Below are positions 22,952-37,012 of a stretch of 64,000 bases of DNA, one piece after another. A program made the position numbers and the translations under genes. How positions within the stretch are numbered: the first letter of the stretch is position 1; every line of letters begins with the position of its first letter. Source of the DNA: Marsupella aquatica (lineage: Eukaryota > Plantae > Marchantiophyta); contig OZ316896.1 of NCBI GenBank assembly GCA_973895155.1, positions 20,014,754 through 20,078,753 of the forward strand. Reading direction: 5' to 3'. The notes under the pieces were generated by a model. The model made no database searches and was not told where the DNA came from. It was given only the letters and a program-made list of their open reading frames with translations.

Positions 22952-23951
22952 GGAAGATATGAAGTGGCAAGTTTTGGATGTGTACAGTTCTTTTTTAAAA
23001 TTATATTGGACGGGTATTTCAGTAGGGATAGGTCAAAATCAAATCAGGGTAGCAAGGGAATTAAATCACAGATGCTAATGTTCTACAGTAGTTGGCCAAT
23101 AGATAACGAGCGCTTTGGGTTGCTTACATTAGACATCTCTTTTACATCTTACGGAGACACAATTGGCTGTTGCCATGTCAGACTCTGGGGGAGTGTATAT
23201 GAAGTCGTTCAAGTATTCAGGATTCCATTCTCTTACGTGCAATAAGAGTATTCCCTAAGAACACGGTTTCATTACTTACATATCCTTTCAAATTACATCT
23301 CGAACAACTTTACAATGTCCCTGTAAACTATATTAGATCAAGCGTTGGTAGGGTAAAGAAAGGGAGGTGGAGATGGTTAACTTGACAGAGCCTTTCATTT
23401 CCAGGTTTGACCTATACTCCTCACCGTGAAGACAGCTGGACACTTTTTTTTCTGGCCTAAGATTCCCAAAGCCTCCATCAGAAAGGGATTGAGGTGACGA
23501 GCCATTATCCTCACTCTACACAGGAGGACATATTCAGGATGTATTGAAACTCTATTCTACGCTTCACGCAGCACCTTTCAGAACTTCAATCATGACTCCT
23601 CCCACTCGATAAAGTTCACGTAAGAAGACAGGTGTGATGTCTGAAGGTAAAGCCAACATCTCAGAGAACGCTGATGGAAGTCCAGGTTTTTTCTTATGCC
23701 TTCCAAAGGTGATCAAAATTTTGGAAAGGCCGAATCGGGAACTAGGCCATCACGGAATCGAATACACCTGCTATGAAAAAATCACATGTCATCAGAGATT
23801 CATTATACAAAGAGCTTGAACATGACCTGTAATGACCAATTTGAAGCAGAGGCCGCAAAGAACCCTTCAGAGAAGCATCAAACTGCAACAGACCAAGGCT
23901 GATTCAATCTCAGGTTTGGGCATGAATAAGATGATTATACCTGTACTGTCA

Positions 23952-25525
23952 TTAGTGAACCACAGGTTTAAGGGGGTCAGCTCGAAGTGTACTCAAATCC
24001 AGGTTGGAGTCCAGTTCTTCATCCAATTCTCCGACAACTCCACTATCCTCCCACAGGTTAGGTAGTTAGTTACGAAGTTTATAGGTCCAAAGATGTAGAT
24101 GAGGAAACCACAAGAAGGAAGCCTAATGACGTTAAACGCAAGGTTTAGATTGTCCAAAGAAATCAAGTCTTGCATGAGTGGGTGGAAAATATTCTCACAT
24201 ATTATCACCACGAATGATATACAGACCCAGGACCAGCTGCTCCACTCCTGCCTGAGCCCCGCGACATCAGAAAGGTAAACGTAAGTATTGAAATAAAGAG
24301 ATCGAGAGACTCTACTGATGCTCAAGAACCATGACAGCATGAAGTGGAGGACGTCCAAGATATCCTTTTGGAAGTGTCCCTCATTGTATCAATTTCGAGT
24401 AGCACTTCGTTGGACAGAAAACCTCGTACAGAATTTGATAAAAACCACAAACAGACAAGGCAATTTCGTCGTTTTCATTGAAATGGGGACAAACCAATGC
24501 CAACAACATTGCAAACACAAACATCACGTCCTTCTTTAGGTCAGCTAACTAACCACAGACCATATCCCATATGCATGAGATTGACTTTGATCAGGACTGA
24601 AACTATTTTGAGGTCATTTGCTTACACTCCTCACAAACTCTCGTCCCTTAATTGGCACATTCAGTCTTACAAAGCAAAAGCCCAATTACCCACCTTGGTA
24701 GAATAAACTCGTTCGTGAGATTCATCCAGGATGAGATTGGTAGCCTGATCGAAACCTCTGAGGACTCCCTGCAGATCCATAGGGAAAACCATATTCAGGG
24801 CTATCAATAGATGAAACATCATTAGAGAGAATCCTCACTTGCGCTGTTAAGAAACCTCTAGTTTGACACAACACCCGTATTTTCACCGAGTGTCAAAATC
24901 ACCCATGAGAGCTGAGAAAAATTCAAGGAATCAAAAACTCACCACGATATTGCGACCGTCGTTGGTAATCACGGAAATAGTCTCTGTTACCATCCCGTTT
25001 CCCAAAATCCCAACCCATGAGATCAACATCAGAACCGAATAACAAAAGTGCTCTAATCACGCTTTTCTCTACGATGTGCCAGTTTCCTGCCACGGTACAT
25101 TCCCAGTTATATGCAACGCACTCACATGATAACATTGCTACTTCCTGTCTTTCTTTTCGTGACCCCAACAGACTTCGAAAGATCATACCCACAAAGCTGC
25201 TAGACTAACTAGTTCACGTCTCGAAAGTTCACATGGACTACGAAACGCAATGAATCTCATGAATTTATGTATTTGAAGAATGACTTCAGCTCAAATCATT
25301 GCTTCTGTTCGTCTATGGCAAAAGTGTTCACTCTAGAACTCAAAAGTCGGTTCATTATTCACCGTCCAAACCTGAGAGCGGCCGAGAAAGACGAGGAACA
25401 GAAAAATCCATCCCGCTCAGGCAACAGACGGAAAATACTAACAGCCGAACAACAACAACGAGTTTGAGGAGAGGAACAGAAATCTTACGGTCGACGAGAG
25501 ACTCGAGCCCTGTGTCGGAAGCCAT
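23952..25525 (-). CDS. LSM8: Sm-like protein LSM8, 98 aa; exons 25525-25489, 24983-24943, 24768-24694, 24251-24199, 24042-23952
   Basis: Spliced translation MASDTGLESLVDQTISVITNDGRNIVGVLRGFDQATNLILDESHERVYSTKAGVEQLVLGLYIIRGDNIGVVGELDEELDSNLDLSTLRADPLKPVVH. All introns are GT-AG. A probable 3' UTR intron starts at 23940. Confidence 0.97.
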
Positions 25526-28500
25526 AGTTCCGCCCAACAAGACCAAGAGAGCAAATTCTCGACCCAACGAGACTGATTTTGGAAGAGCACAAACGTGGCT
25601 GTGTACCGAAAACCCCAAATGCTGTTGAGGCCCAAATTCGAAACCCCAGATCCGACACCCTTGTTGAAATCCCAAACCCCGGCGATCCAAAAACCCAACT
25701 CCTGCAAGCTTTCCGAAATCCTCGCCCTCACAACCGCAGCAGCTCCCGCATTTCCTACAATCTGTCGATGAGAAACGTGGAGAACAAGAGAAAAGGGTCT
25801 GAGGTACACATTTGGGAGAGGTTCTTGAAATTGTCGAACATCTACAGTGCGAAAAGACTTTCGCGAGTTTTTAAACTTCGTATTTTTTAGTGCATACATT
25901 TTCTATCACGCACACCTCTTTGGCTTTGGCAAAAAGGAAAAAACTAAAGCCAAGACTCCACTTTGTCTATGCCCACATGGACTGGCCAAGCTTGGATGTA
26001 CTTACTCAGAACATTTAATCTAACTCATAGTGTTGTTTACACTTTTGACTGAAATGTGACCTGTGAATGGTCTCTTTATCGTTTGCAGCCGATTTCAATT
26101 ACAACTCCGAACCAATTTCCTCGGTAACTTGATGACTTGACAACCTTCAACCTGTCAAGAAGTCATGTAATTCCTCAGGATCCCATGACATCTTGACTAC
26201 TTTCTCCCCAAGGTAGTCAACGTCATCAGCTGCGATCCGCGACTGGTTCCTTTTTCTTTTCGGTGTAAAAGCAATGATCCCATGGGGATGGGCAGGGACA
26301 ATGTCTCTGTCTATCCGGGTTTTTGTTTCTTGGCTTTGATTCTTTAGTGCAATATTTTTTACAATACACTCAGTGCTTTGAGTAGCTAATTATACAAAAG
26401 TTTTACTATATAAATCAAAAAGTAAAATAACAACACACAACATTGCCAGAAAGTTTTTGCATAGCCTGACATCCTTGTTTTGTAACTTCTTCTTTCCTTA
26501 GACTGTGGTGCTGCATAACTTTTCTTGTTTGTTACCACAACTCACTCAAGTGTCTGTAAGAAACCGGACCAATCATACTAGGCAGCACTTAATCAAAACA
26601 TGAGATAGCACTTGATAACATGCTAAACCAAAGAGACATCACAATGGAGAAACTCCTGAAGGATTTACACCATGAGAGAGTACATATAAATAATGAGGAA
26701 GAGAATGTTCTCCAACGTATACCTCCCAATGGAGACTATTACAATGAGTGGTCCTAATAAGTGAATCTCATCCTTAACTAATCCAAGGTTAATTAAACCC
26801 TAATAAGACCAAAGTAAGTGCAGTTAAGAACATAGAGTCAATTCTTAATATAGTCTCCACAAACTATCTCTCAACTTTTTTCTCAACAATGAGCCTAAAT
26901 TCCACTCATTCACTAAATTGTGCTAGTGGATGATAATAGTAGACAGTAGCACATCTAACCTTACTTAGCTAAGCATTTGACTATGATTAGACTAACTATG
27001 GTTCCATAGTAACTCTAGACCTAGAAGTAAATGCCTCACATATGGGGGAAAATGGGTAAGCTAAAAGTAAATGCTTCACATATGGGGGAAAAAATGGGTG
27101 GAGCCACCAATGCTCTAGAATGTGGCAGACAAAAGGGTGGGAGCAGAAATACCTCCACAATAGGTGGCAAGAAGGAGGAACCATGTCTTGGATGTTTGGG
27201 GAGGGAAAGCAAGGAGGAAGCAAAGGAGACGTGCCCCAGAGAGGTGCCCCTAACTGAGTCTCGACTGGGCTTCCCAAGCTGTCTTTGAGGTTGTTGGAAC
27301 CGGTTTAGCTACTTGGCTTCTGAAGTTGGTTAAGATGGAATGTAACCAAAATTGGCTCAAGGAGAGATTTTTACCCATAAAATTGGTACACTCTGAGGCT
27401 GGTGGGTCTCTAAGTAAGCTATGCAGGAACGGTGTAGGATATTCTTCCGGATGTCCTCCCCCATTTGACAGATGGCCTGTTAGAGCAATAGGAAGGAGGC
27501 TTGGGGTGCAGGTGCCTTTTGCTTTGGCTTGTCCCCTCCAAGATAGCCTTGACCTTTGAGGCTACAAAGTCCCCCTTCCTCTTACTTGGACTCCTCAGGG
27601 TCTCACTATTTGGAGCCCTTTCCATCACCTGTAATGTTTTTAGGTCAAGTACACAACTAAAGATTTTTATAAATTGTTTAACCCCTTAGATATTCTAAAT
27701 TTTGGTTTTTAAAACATTCTTTTTCTTCTAAATCTCAAAATTAAATTTGAGTGACCCTAAAGTTTTAAACAAATCTTTGCATGTTATTTCTTAGAACCAA
27801 TAAAAAGATCGTATGCTTTAACACACATGATATGTCATTTTTGCAAAAGTGAGACCCCCCAAGTTGGACTCTCCTCCAAGTTGGGCTGTTGACAATCTCA
27901 TGGCTACTGGCATAGCCAGAGGAACCATGGGTGAGGCAATGGTTGTGATGGTGGTCTTGGCTATGGTCTAGCCATGACTGGTGCGGCCACAACCACCATC
28001 CAGACTACCACCAAAGCCAAAGTAGTAAGTCCTGGCGGGGGAACATCATCCAACAGATCGAAGGGTACATCTCCGGCAGAGTTGCAAGTTTTTTTTCCTC
28101 ACCTATAATTCAGTCCAGAAAGACAGGTATAGTCAAGGTAGTTTTTCCAAAAGGAACTGCTGAGAGTGAACTTTGGATGTAAAGTGAAGATGAATGTGAC
28201 AGTGTGTCCATGTGGAGAGGTATATGCTTGATCAACCCCCAAACTGAAAGTTGTTACTTGATTGACCCCCTGAGTTTATCAACGGTCCAGATCTGAGATC
28301 TAAAGGTCTTATGAGCAAAACAAACACCTCCATCTAGACTTAATTTTCCAAGAAACAGGACATCAAGAATAAAAATAAGTGAATATACAGTTTTGATCGC
28401 ACATAATCGCACAGTATTCCATCGTGACTGCGACTGCAGTAAGTGGACTGACCGCACTCCCGTTATCAACTGTACAATACTTATCAAAGCAATGTACTGT

Positions 28501-28843
28501 AGTATCGGACCGAACCACGGAGTATCCAATCGCGACCGCGACTGCAGTGAATGAGCTGACTGCACTCCCGTCATCGACTGCAGCTCAGGAATTTCGGCAC
28601 CCTAACTGCACAGTAACACTGTAATTAAATGTGCGCTCTTCCTTTAATACTGTCAACGGACATTTGAGGCTCTAGAGTACTGTTTCCCTCGATCAGTCTC
28701 GAGAGTCTTACAGATAAGCTTCAATGTGAAGAAACCTTGCCAGTTGACTGTTTCTTGGGAAAGGAATTTCATCTTTCGAGGCAATAGAAAAACCTTGCAA
28801 GTTTGCACAACACAATGGCTACAGTCCTCATAACTTTACAGTA

Positions 28844-28973
28844 GAACTGATAATCTGACATCGTGACGAGAACCAAGTGAATGCGAGGACTGAGAGGACC
28901 CAAAGTGGAACTGATAATCTGACATCGTGACGAGAACCAAGTGAATGCGAGGACTGAGAGGACCCAAAGTGGA
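28844..28973. repeat. Exact 64-bp tandem duplication
   Basis: 28844-28907 is identical to 28908-28971. Confidence 0.95.
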
Positions 28974-31900
28974 GCGCTTGCTGGCCATGATGGACGAATC
29001 ATGTCCTCTAACCCTCCTCAAGGTACATCTCGTCCCGAAACTTCCCCTTGATGGGGCGGGCGCCGGACTTTTCATCTGGTTTTTTATTATCTCCACCGTA
29101 AATTGTCGAACGTTACCTCATGCGCGGTATGTATCCTTCAGTTCGATGCGATCTCTTCCTGGTGGACTTGGCGATTATCAACTTTCAATTGCAGCGAAAG
29201 GACGCGATGCGTCGTATTGTACAGAAAATGTACCCTTCAATTCAATCGGCTCGGACTTGGGGATGATCACTTGTCAATTGCAGCGACAGACCGAGTCATT
29301 GATTCAGTCAGGCTGAAACAGTGGAGCGAAATATGAAGCTCACAGAAACCTGACAGGAAGGGACTTGCATTTTCCCTGATACCGGTTTTCAACATGTCAC
29401 GACATTCCAGCTCCTTTCGAGTGTGGCGTGGCAGACATACCGTCGACGATAATCATCCACTAGATGTACAAATCGAACATCGATCACTATTACTCCGACT
29501 GAATCAATCAATTGATACCATGCAAGATTGGAAGAACATACATCAACTGCGGGCGTATCATTCTGTTGAGAGCGGCAGTCATAACGTCACCTCGAATTCA
29601 TGTACTGGATTGTCCTACTAAATGAATTGACATCATGCAAGATTTGGATGAAAATGACGATCATATCCACAAGAGCAAGAAAGTAGGTAGACCGCTGAAA
29701 CCGTCTGGTCCTCCGTCTGGTCCTCCCAGGAGCCCACTATTGTACGTTACTCTCACCTCATCATATTCACAACCAGGATTCAGTTCATTTGAATCCCTCG
29801 GAAACAACCATACAATACTGTTTGCGAACCGACTGCACATTTTCCCTTGAAACTGGCATCGACATCGAGCGGGACGAATTCAAATACTTCCTCGAAAACA
29901 GTACACAACATCGTGCGAAGACACGACCATGATGATCCCAGGGTCTGCAAAATATCATCAAACTTACAGAAACCGATGATTGGACGAGCAACGCAACGCC
30001 CAGAGAGTACTTCCTGCGGAACTCACACTCACGCATGTGACGAGTTTGGAACTTTGTCTCCACAATGTCACGTACCTTTGACTGAGGCTTGTAATGAAGA
30101 ATACAGGAGTAGGGCACAGAGAATTGTCGGCCCGAACTCCAATTCACGCAGGTGGCAACATTTGTTTAGGTACCCTTGACTGAAGGTCGGACTACAAACA
30201 AGTGAAGGGAACAGAATCCTGAAGGACAGACAACATTGTCAGCGAACCGAAAATTCACGCATGTGCAAAACGGGTAACAGTAGCAGGTACTTCGAATCGT
30301 CCTTCTCGTAAAGGGCAGCGAGAATTGTTTTCAAGACTCAGATTCACGCATGCGCCAATTAGGTAACGTGCAGACATTTCAAAATCATCCCTCGCGAAGA
30401 GAAGAGTGAGGAGGACGAGGGCAGGCAGGTCTTAACAGATTGAGTACTCCAAAATGGTCTTTCCTCAAAACAGGTAAACAATGTCATCTGAAGGAAGCAA
30501 TCCTTTCCCAGTGACACCATAATTATGATGACTCGACGACTGGCTCTCCCACAATCACAGAGTTCCATCTGACTGAAGCAAAAGGTAGGACCAAGCAGGG
30601 CGTGCTGACGCGGGGCAGACATGGAATTGTCGGCTCACGCATGTGCAACCTGGTTTTGCCCCATTTGCATCTTTTCTACCTCGGAAGATGTTTTTCGTTA
30701 TCAATGAAAAACTTAGACAGTGCGCTTTTAAGAGTGGTGAGCTTTCAGCGCCATTTCCTGCTTTCCTCGAGAAGAGAATGCGTCACACTTCAGTGATAAA
30801 TTTTGCCGCCTTGCTCCTCGGCACATTCGATTTCTGCGCGAATGGGGTGCAATTCTCCTCCCTCGAAATTAGCATACTATACCGGAATATCGTGCGAAAT
30901 GATGACTACGACGATGTCTTCAAATGTCATACGTTAAACACATGTGACTGTCAATAGCCATATTGAACCAACAAAGCGAACCGACAAAGGGGGCACACAG
31001 GGAACAAACTGTCCGGGGAACTCACACGCATGCAAACCAGAATTTCGGCCATTCAAGTTTTTCCTCGAGAAGAGAGAATGATTAGCTGTTACCAGAAACG
31101 TGCAGAGTCTCGAATTTCGAGTTCGGTCGCGTGCGGAAGGATTTGTATATGAGCGTCGAGGATAAACTTCAGAGACAAGACGATGCAGAAAGACATGGGG
31201 AAATAGATCATCAGTCTGCCCGTGTGCAGAACTCAAACGTGGATAACATTTTGACAGCATCGAAGTGGATGGTTTATTTCCAAAAGATCATTGTATCGTG
31301 TGACATGGGGGTAAAGAGACCTCGATGAGAAACTCTGTAAATGATAAATGAGTTTTTCTATTACCTACGACTTTTTTCAGGTTGGTGTCTAAATTTCGGA
31401 TGTCCAAACCGTTCTACACTCCTCAAGTGACATAAAGCAACTCTAGCTAGCCTCTCTTTGAATCAATTGATTACAAAATGGGTTCCTCTCTTTCGAGTGC
31501 AATAGATACACTCTGATTGATCTCACGACAAAGCACGACCGCGATGGATGATGAATCAGGACAGCAAGAAGTTATCAAATCATGTACAAAAAATACGCCA
31601 CCTTCCGTCTTCGCCCCGTCGCACTTCGGTCACAGGCCATGGAAAAAATGTCATTCGACTAGGCTCCGTTCGCTCGTGATTCTGAAAATGGTTAATGTTG
31701 ATGACGACGATGTTGTAGATTCTGAGCCGGGCACAGTTGGCGGGGTGAGGAGGAACCATGAATGATAACAATATTGTATACGCGGTTCATACTACACGCC
31801 GGCTACCATTCCTTTGCAGTAGATTACTTCTTCTCTACGAAGAGAGGAATAAAACTTGGGTACTGTATACCGAGCAACAGCACAACATGCTGCACCCCCG

Positions 31901-32268
31901 CCAAAACCCGTTGACAATTGTTCGAACTTTTGACAGCCTTTTGCAGAAAGGGACCCCGCAGAAAAACATTTCACGAGGCAGGCACGAACTCCGAAAAGGT
32001 AGGTCACTGATTTACCAAGGCACGTGATTGGAGAATGATGTGGCTCCCACCATGCAAACCCTCCTCCTCCTGGCTCCTGCGTCCTGATAATTGGTACTCC
32101 ATCTATGGTAGATTGAGTCAAGTGACTTCCGTCCAAAATCGGCTCCAAAGCAGCCCTTGTAAGTAAGAAAAACGCAAGCAGGAAAATCCGGGGTGATTGC
32201 AACCAAAACGAGCATAACCGGAATCGAATCACTTTGCGCTTTCCTCTCCACGATGCAATGTCGCAATC

Positions 32269-33747
32269 TTAAATCTTGAAGTCCGGAAGAGTTCTCTTGA
32301 TGAGGAACATGAAAATGAAGGAGGTGAAGATGAACCGGCATCGCTCCCAGCTCAGTCGGGAAGAAGCAGTACCGTTGGGAACAGTGGTGCCAGTAGGAGT
32401 ACTGGGGGTGCCATTGGCAGAAGTGCTCGATATATATAGGCATGAGGCGGAACTTGGGTCAGATGTCGTAGTTTGTGCAAGACCTCCGAAATCACAAGAG
32501 CCTGCCGACCAACTTTGTTTCTGGTAGTAGTTGTTGAATGCATAGGACGCGTGAGACACAATTGTGTTCGGGAGAAAGCAACTTTGCCCCACCTGAATGA
32601 GTGTACAATCAGCATTCCCTATTGGGCCACAAGCCCAATCCAACGCACCTTGGAGGGCATTTGTGTCAGCATCGGGTTTAGCCACGCACCAACTCTTGTC
32701 TGCAAGTCTTCTCCTTTTTCCACTTTCATCGGCTTGCTTAGCCTGCACATGATCCACGAGGAAACGGCGAGAAGAGAATGCCGCTGCCTTGACACTCTTC
32801 TTCTCGACCTGTGGAAGATTCATCACTATTTCTTCACTAAATCTGGGATCAATGTCAACAGCAACCCCTCCCGAAGTACGTTCGGTTCGGAGTAAATTAG
32901 AGGCACTGGTCGGAGACCATTCCATCTCTATCCCAACGACGCTGGGCTTGTGATGATGCCCCACAGAGGCCATTGCCATGGACACTGCATCAGTGAGGAC
33001 ATCGACCATGCTCGAGTAGTGTCGCCCTGTTTGAGGATCAACCATTTCCCCAGACGCAGCGAAGTGCTCCGCAGGCAGCTGCTGCTTGTTCAGACCGACC
33101 GCGCCGTCATGTTGGAGATCCTGGGGATACAGATTAAGCATAAAGTAGCTCCCTGAACTCGCCAGAAAGTCCAGAAGAGGACCCACAGCCCTATCCATGT
33201 CTCCATTAAATGTAGACGACGAGGGAGGGAAGTAGGTGGACAGAGCTCGGCCCGATTGCGGAGCGGATACTTTAATCTGCTTCTCTAGACCCACCTCTGA
33301 AAGAGCTGCATACAGGTTCCTCATCGCTGGCACCAGGAAGGATACTACGGTGGAGTGATCAGCCTGCCTGCTAGTGAGAACTTCACTCCCCACCGCGATA
33401 GCGATGATGTTCGTGGCTGGCAAGTATGGAACCACATTCCTTGCAATCCAGCTCTGGGCTAAAGCCGGAGAAGCTCCGATGTCCACAATTTCATCGTTTG
33501 TTACTCCGACTATGACGTTGATCGGAGCTCCCCTGCTGCCGGTGGCAATTGCGCGTAGGATTGCCGAATCTGCATCGTGAAGTCTGATTTTTCCAATTCC
33601 ACGACTCCTCAGCAACTGAACCAAACCCTCCGCAGATTGAGGTCCCACACTCGTTCCGAAGTTTACTCCGACCCCTGCAGCAACCCATTCCAGCTGCACA
33701 CTAAAACAGAGAGGCAGCAACAGCAGAGCAAAAATACCCAAATGCAT
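32269..33747 (-). CDS. Intronless glucan endo-1,3-beta-glucosidase-like protein (signal peptide, degenerate GH17, X8/CBM43, GPI signal)
   Basis: First ATG at 33747 (MHLGIFALLLL..). VGVNFG, IAVGSEVL, IKVSAP, FMLNLYP; X8 domain WCVAK..LQGALDWACG..HASYAFNNYYQ..CDFGG; Ser/Thr linker and hydrophobic tail. Confidence 0.9.
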   Translation of the reverse strand: MHLGIFALLLLPLCFSVQLEWVAAGVGVNFGTSVGPQSAEGLVQLLRSRGIGKIRLHDADSAILRAIATGSRGAPINVIVGVTNDEIVDIGASPALAQSWIARNVVPYLPATNIIAIAVGSEVLTSRQADHSTVVSFLVPAMRNLYAALSEVGLEKQIKVSAPQSGRALSTYFPPSSSTFNGDMDRAVGPLLDFLASSGSYFMLNLYPQDLQHDGAVGLNKQQLPAEHFAASGEMVDPQTGRHYSSMVDVLTDAVSMAMASVGHHHKPSVVGIEMEWSPTSASNLLRTERTSGGVAVDIDPRFSEEIVMNLPQVEKKSVKAAAFSSRRFLVDHVQAKQADESGKRRRLADKSWCVAKPDADTNALQGALDWACGPIGNADCTLIQVGQSCFLPNTIVSHASYAFNNYYQKQSWSAGSCDFGGLAQTTTSDPSSASCLYISSTSANGTPSTPTGTTVPNGTASSRLSWERCRFIFTSFIFMFLIKRTLPDFKI

Positions 33748-36743
33748 GGTACCGTGCGCCAAAATTCCTCGACCGGACGGAAGAAATCCACAGTATGACT
33801 CCCTCCCCTATGCGATCGATTCGGATCTTCCAGAACGGAGGGGGGCTCAGAAACGAGTAAGTGTTGCCACTGGCTGATCTCCCTCTGAGGAAATAGAAAT
33901 TTAGCTGGCACTCCACGGCTATTATCCGTTCCGGTCCCACAAAATCCACTGCTCTACGCAATGCCGTCCCGAACACTCTATGCCTGGTTGATGTTGCTCG
34001 AAACGTCTACCTCCATCGACCGTCTTTCCAGTCTACAAGCAAGCTCCACACTCCTCAGCCAAGACTGTTGGGTCTGCGGGATTGAATTTCAGGACAAGGC
34101 CCCCTCCCTTTCAGCAAGCAGGCCCACGAACACACATTAGAGACATGAGCGAATGAGGGGCGAACCCGGGGGAGGACGTGACCGGAGGAGATGCGGGAAA
34201 AGGACGATTGTGAATACCACTAACATCACTGATGGCCCCACTGATGAGCTGCTCTCCTGCTGGTTAGGCGGCTGCTTTGCTGGTTGTCTTCATCCTTACG
34301 TGAAATGCTCATTACCATCCCCGCACAAACAACAGACTCACCACAACTCCGCACTCTACACGGCATTTCTCCATCGTCCAGTAGTGTAGTGACGGCCAGG
34401 TATTGAGGTATGGTCTCGTCCGAGCTACTTCTTGGTAAAAGTACCATAGCTCGTCCTAAAACCCCTCGCTCCCAGCATCCTTTTAATGATCAGCTCCCCA
34501 TTCACCTGCACGACAGAGCTAGCGTGGCCTAAAACCCTAAGCCCACAGTACCGCACGAGAATTTAGCAGCGTACAGACCTCGTAGATCACGATTCTCTAC
34601 AACATTTTCTACAACATTTCTCCCTCTCTCCACAACCGTAATACGACGTGACAACGTACGAGCAGTCGAGCACCCTCTGAAAAAAACGGGACTTGGGAGA
34701 ATCGCTGACAGGATCACAGAACCCTCATCTCCATTCAATGTGTCTGGAGCTTTTGCTTCGTTGACAACCTTTCAGCCACAGTCCATAAAAATCATAAATG
34801 GCAAAATCCCCAACGGTCCAGCAGTAGTCCGAGCATTTGACCGTAGTGGAGCTGTGGAGTATCCTATATCCCCTTTGCCGGCCAATGATCAACTCTTTCA
34901 ATTTCATTTACTTTCCGCGATTTTCTGACAGATTTATCCTCCCCGTCCATCCTGCCCCCCTCGAAAATCGACGGCTGTCATCTGCGTTTCTCAGCGAAGG
35001 CTCGATTCTGTCCTGTAGACTTCATTTACTACCCTCCGGCAGTCCGGCTAGCCTTTATGAGTATATCCGGTGGTACTTAATGGCGGGGGCTCCAACGAGG
35101 CTGTACTTTACCGAACCTAAATACGGCATGGGAGTAATGTACGGTGTCGGGTTCGGAAATCAGCCGACTCCGATCGACGGTTCGATGCGCTCGGATTAGC
35201 CCCTTCGTTTCGGTCTGGTGAGCCGACCCGCAGCCTCGAATGAGGGATCGACCCGCTCTCTCAACAGTCCACGGCCCAGGGCGCCAGTACCGTAGTGCGG
35301 CCCGTTGTCGTGCCTCCGACGTTGCCGGGAAGGGCCGTCGGAGGGGAGGTGTAAGACATGACATGCATGACGTAACCGACGTCGTAAGGTTAGTAAAGAG
35401 AGTACGCCGTCGTCATTCTCGTCCCTCCGCGTGGAGAACGGCCACCTGACCCAAACGCGTCGCTGCTGCTGCGACTGGATGACAACGTTCACCACGACCC
35501 AGTTTCTACCATGACCACGATGTAAGTTGTATACCTACAAGGTAACTACAGTCCACCTCGTAAAAGCGAATAACGTGGATCCTTTATGCTATCAGCTTCT
35601 TCCCTAAAATATCTTTGACATTTTCTTGTACACTGCTACTGTAGACTCTTCGTATAGTTTCAGTCCCCTCCCCCCCTTTATTGGGTTTTTTGCTTTTGGG
35701 ATTCTGTCTCCCAGTTTGGCGTTCCCAGTTTGGCGTTTTTGCTCTTTGGCTTTGGCACTGAGATATATGTATCTTAGTAAGGAGGCACTACAGATAGCAC
35801 TATTTGCATGAGTGGTGTAACTTTGCAAAAAAGTTCTCAAAAAGCGTTTTGGTCTGATTTTGGGTGCGAAAAACTTTTGCAGAATTTTCTGGATGTGAGT
35901 GTTTTTAGTGCTGCTTTTAATTGTTGATAGAATAAAGTGGCATCAATTATGACTGGTTCATGTGCTTTATGGATAGGATACTTTTTGTCGGAAATATTGC
36001 ATTAAAAGACTCGCAACCTTAAGACGAGGTCTAGTGCACTGATTAGTGTAGCTTTTGTAGTGCATAAGATTTTGGGAAAAGTAGAAAGCTTTTGGGAAAA
36101 TATTGTAAAATCCACCGTGAATTGTTTTAACTTCTTGTTTTGGCACTTGTGACAGGTAGAGCTAAAGAAGTTTCAAAGGAAGCATCACAAAGCTGCCTAG
36201 AATTTAGTAGAATATATATATGCTGAGATTTAATACATTGACATTCTTCTTATTATTATTATATCTAAATACGAACCTCCTTACTTTTAATTTATTAAAT
36301 TCTTATTTGACTATTACTATCAGTTAAGTTATAGTATTATTACTATCAGTTAAGTTATAGTTACTTATGTTTTCTACCCTAACTGCAGCACCATTTTGAG
36401 TACTTCTACATTGGGTTCACTTGTGTTTTTGCCTTTTGTTTTGAGCTTGTTCCAGCTCTGGTTCTAGCCCACTTCTCAGTCCACTAGTTTAGGGTGAGAG
36501 AGCATGTTGAGGTTAATAACTTGCAGACAATGACAAGCGCCCCATGATGAAAACCTCACAAAATGTTGACTCTTGGATCATTCAATATACCCAGAGTTAC
36601 TTTGATTAACCAAGAGTGAAAAAAAGATAACATGATAATGAAACTAAAAGAAGTGTACAAGCGTGTAACTCCAAAAACATTAATGGGGCAAAATAGTTAA
36701 ATAGCAAAAATCACACTACCAAAGATAACGAAACATCCCTAAG

Positions 36744-37012
36744 AGATCCATAATTATAGGTCGTTAGAGATTTCTGTAAAAAAAATTTAAAAATTAATAA
36801 AAATATACCACAGTACCAAAATAGCAGAAAAGAGATCCATAATTACCGGTCCAGTTAGAAATTTCTGTAAATCTGAAAATTCTTTTAATGAAAATATACC
36901 ACAATACCAAAATAGCAGAAAAGAGCTCCATAATTACAGGTCCAGCTAAAAATTTCTGTAAATCTGAAAATTCTTTTAATGAAAATATATCACGGTACCA
37001 AAATAGCGGAAA
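36744..37012. repeat. ~90-bp tandem repeat, 3 copies
   Basis: AG.TCCATAATTA..GGTC...ATTTCTGTAAA...AAAATATA.CAC..TACCAAAATAGC at ~36744, ~36833 and ~36924. Confidence 0.85.

Noticed and set aside
26555-28060. Possible LTR retrotransposon remnant
   Set aside because: No paired LTRs, PBS, TSD or protein motifs were found.
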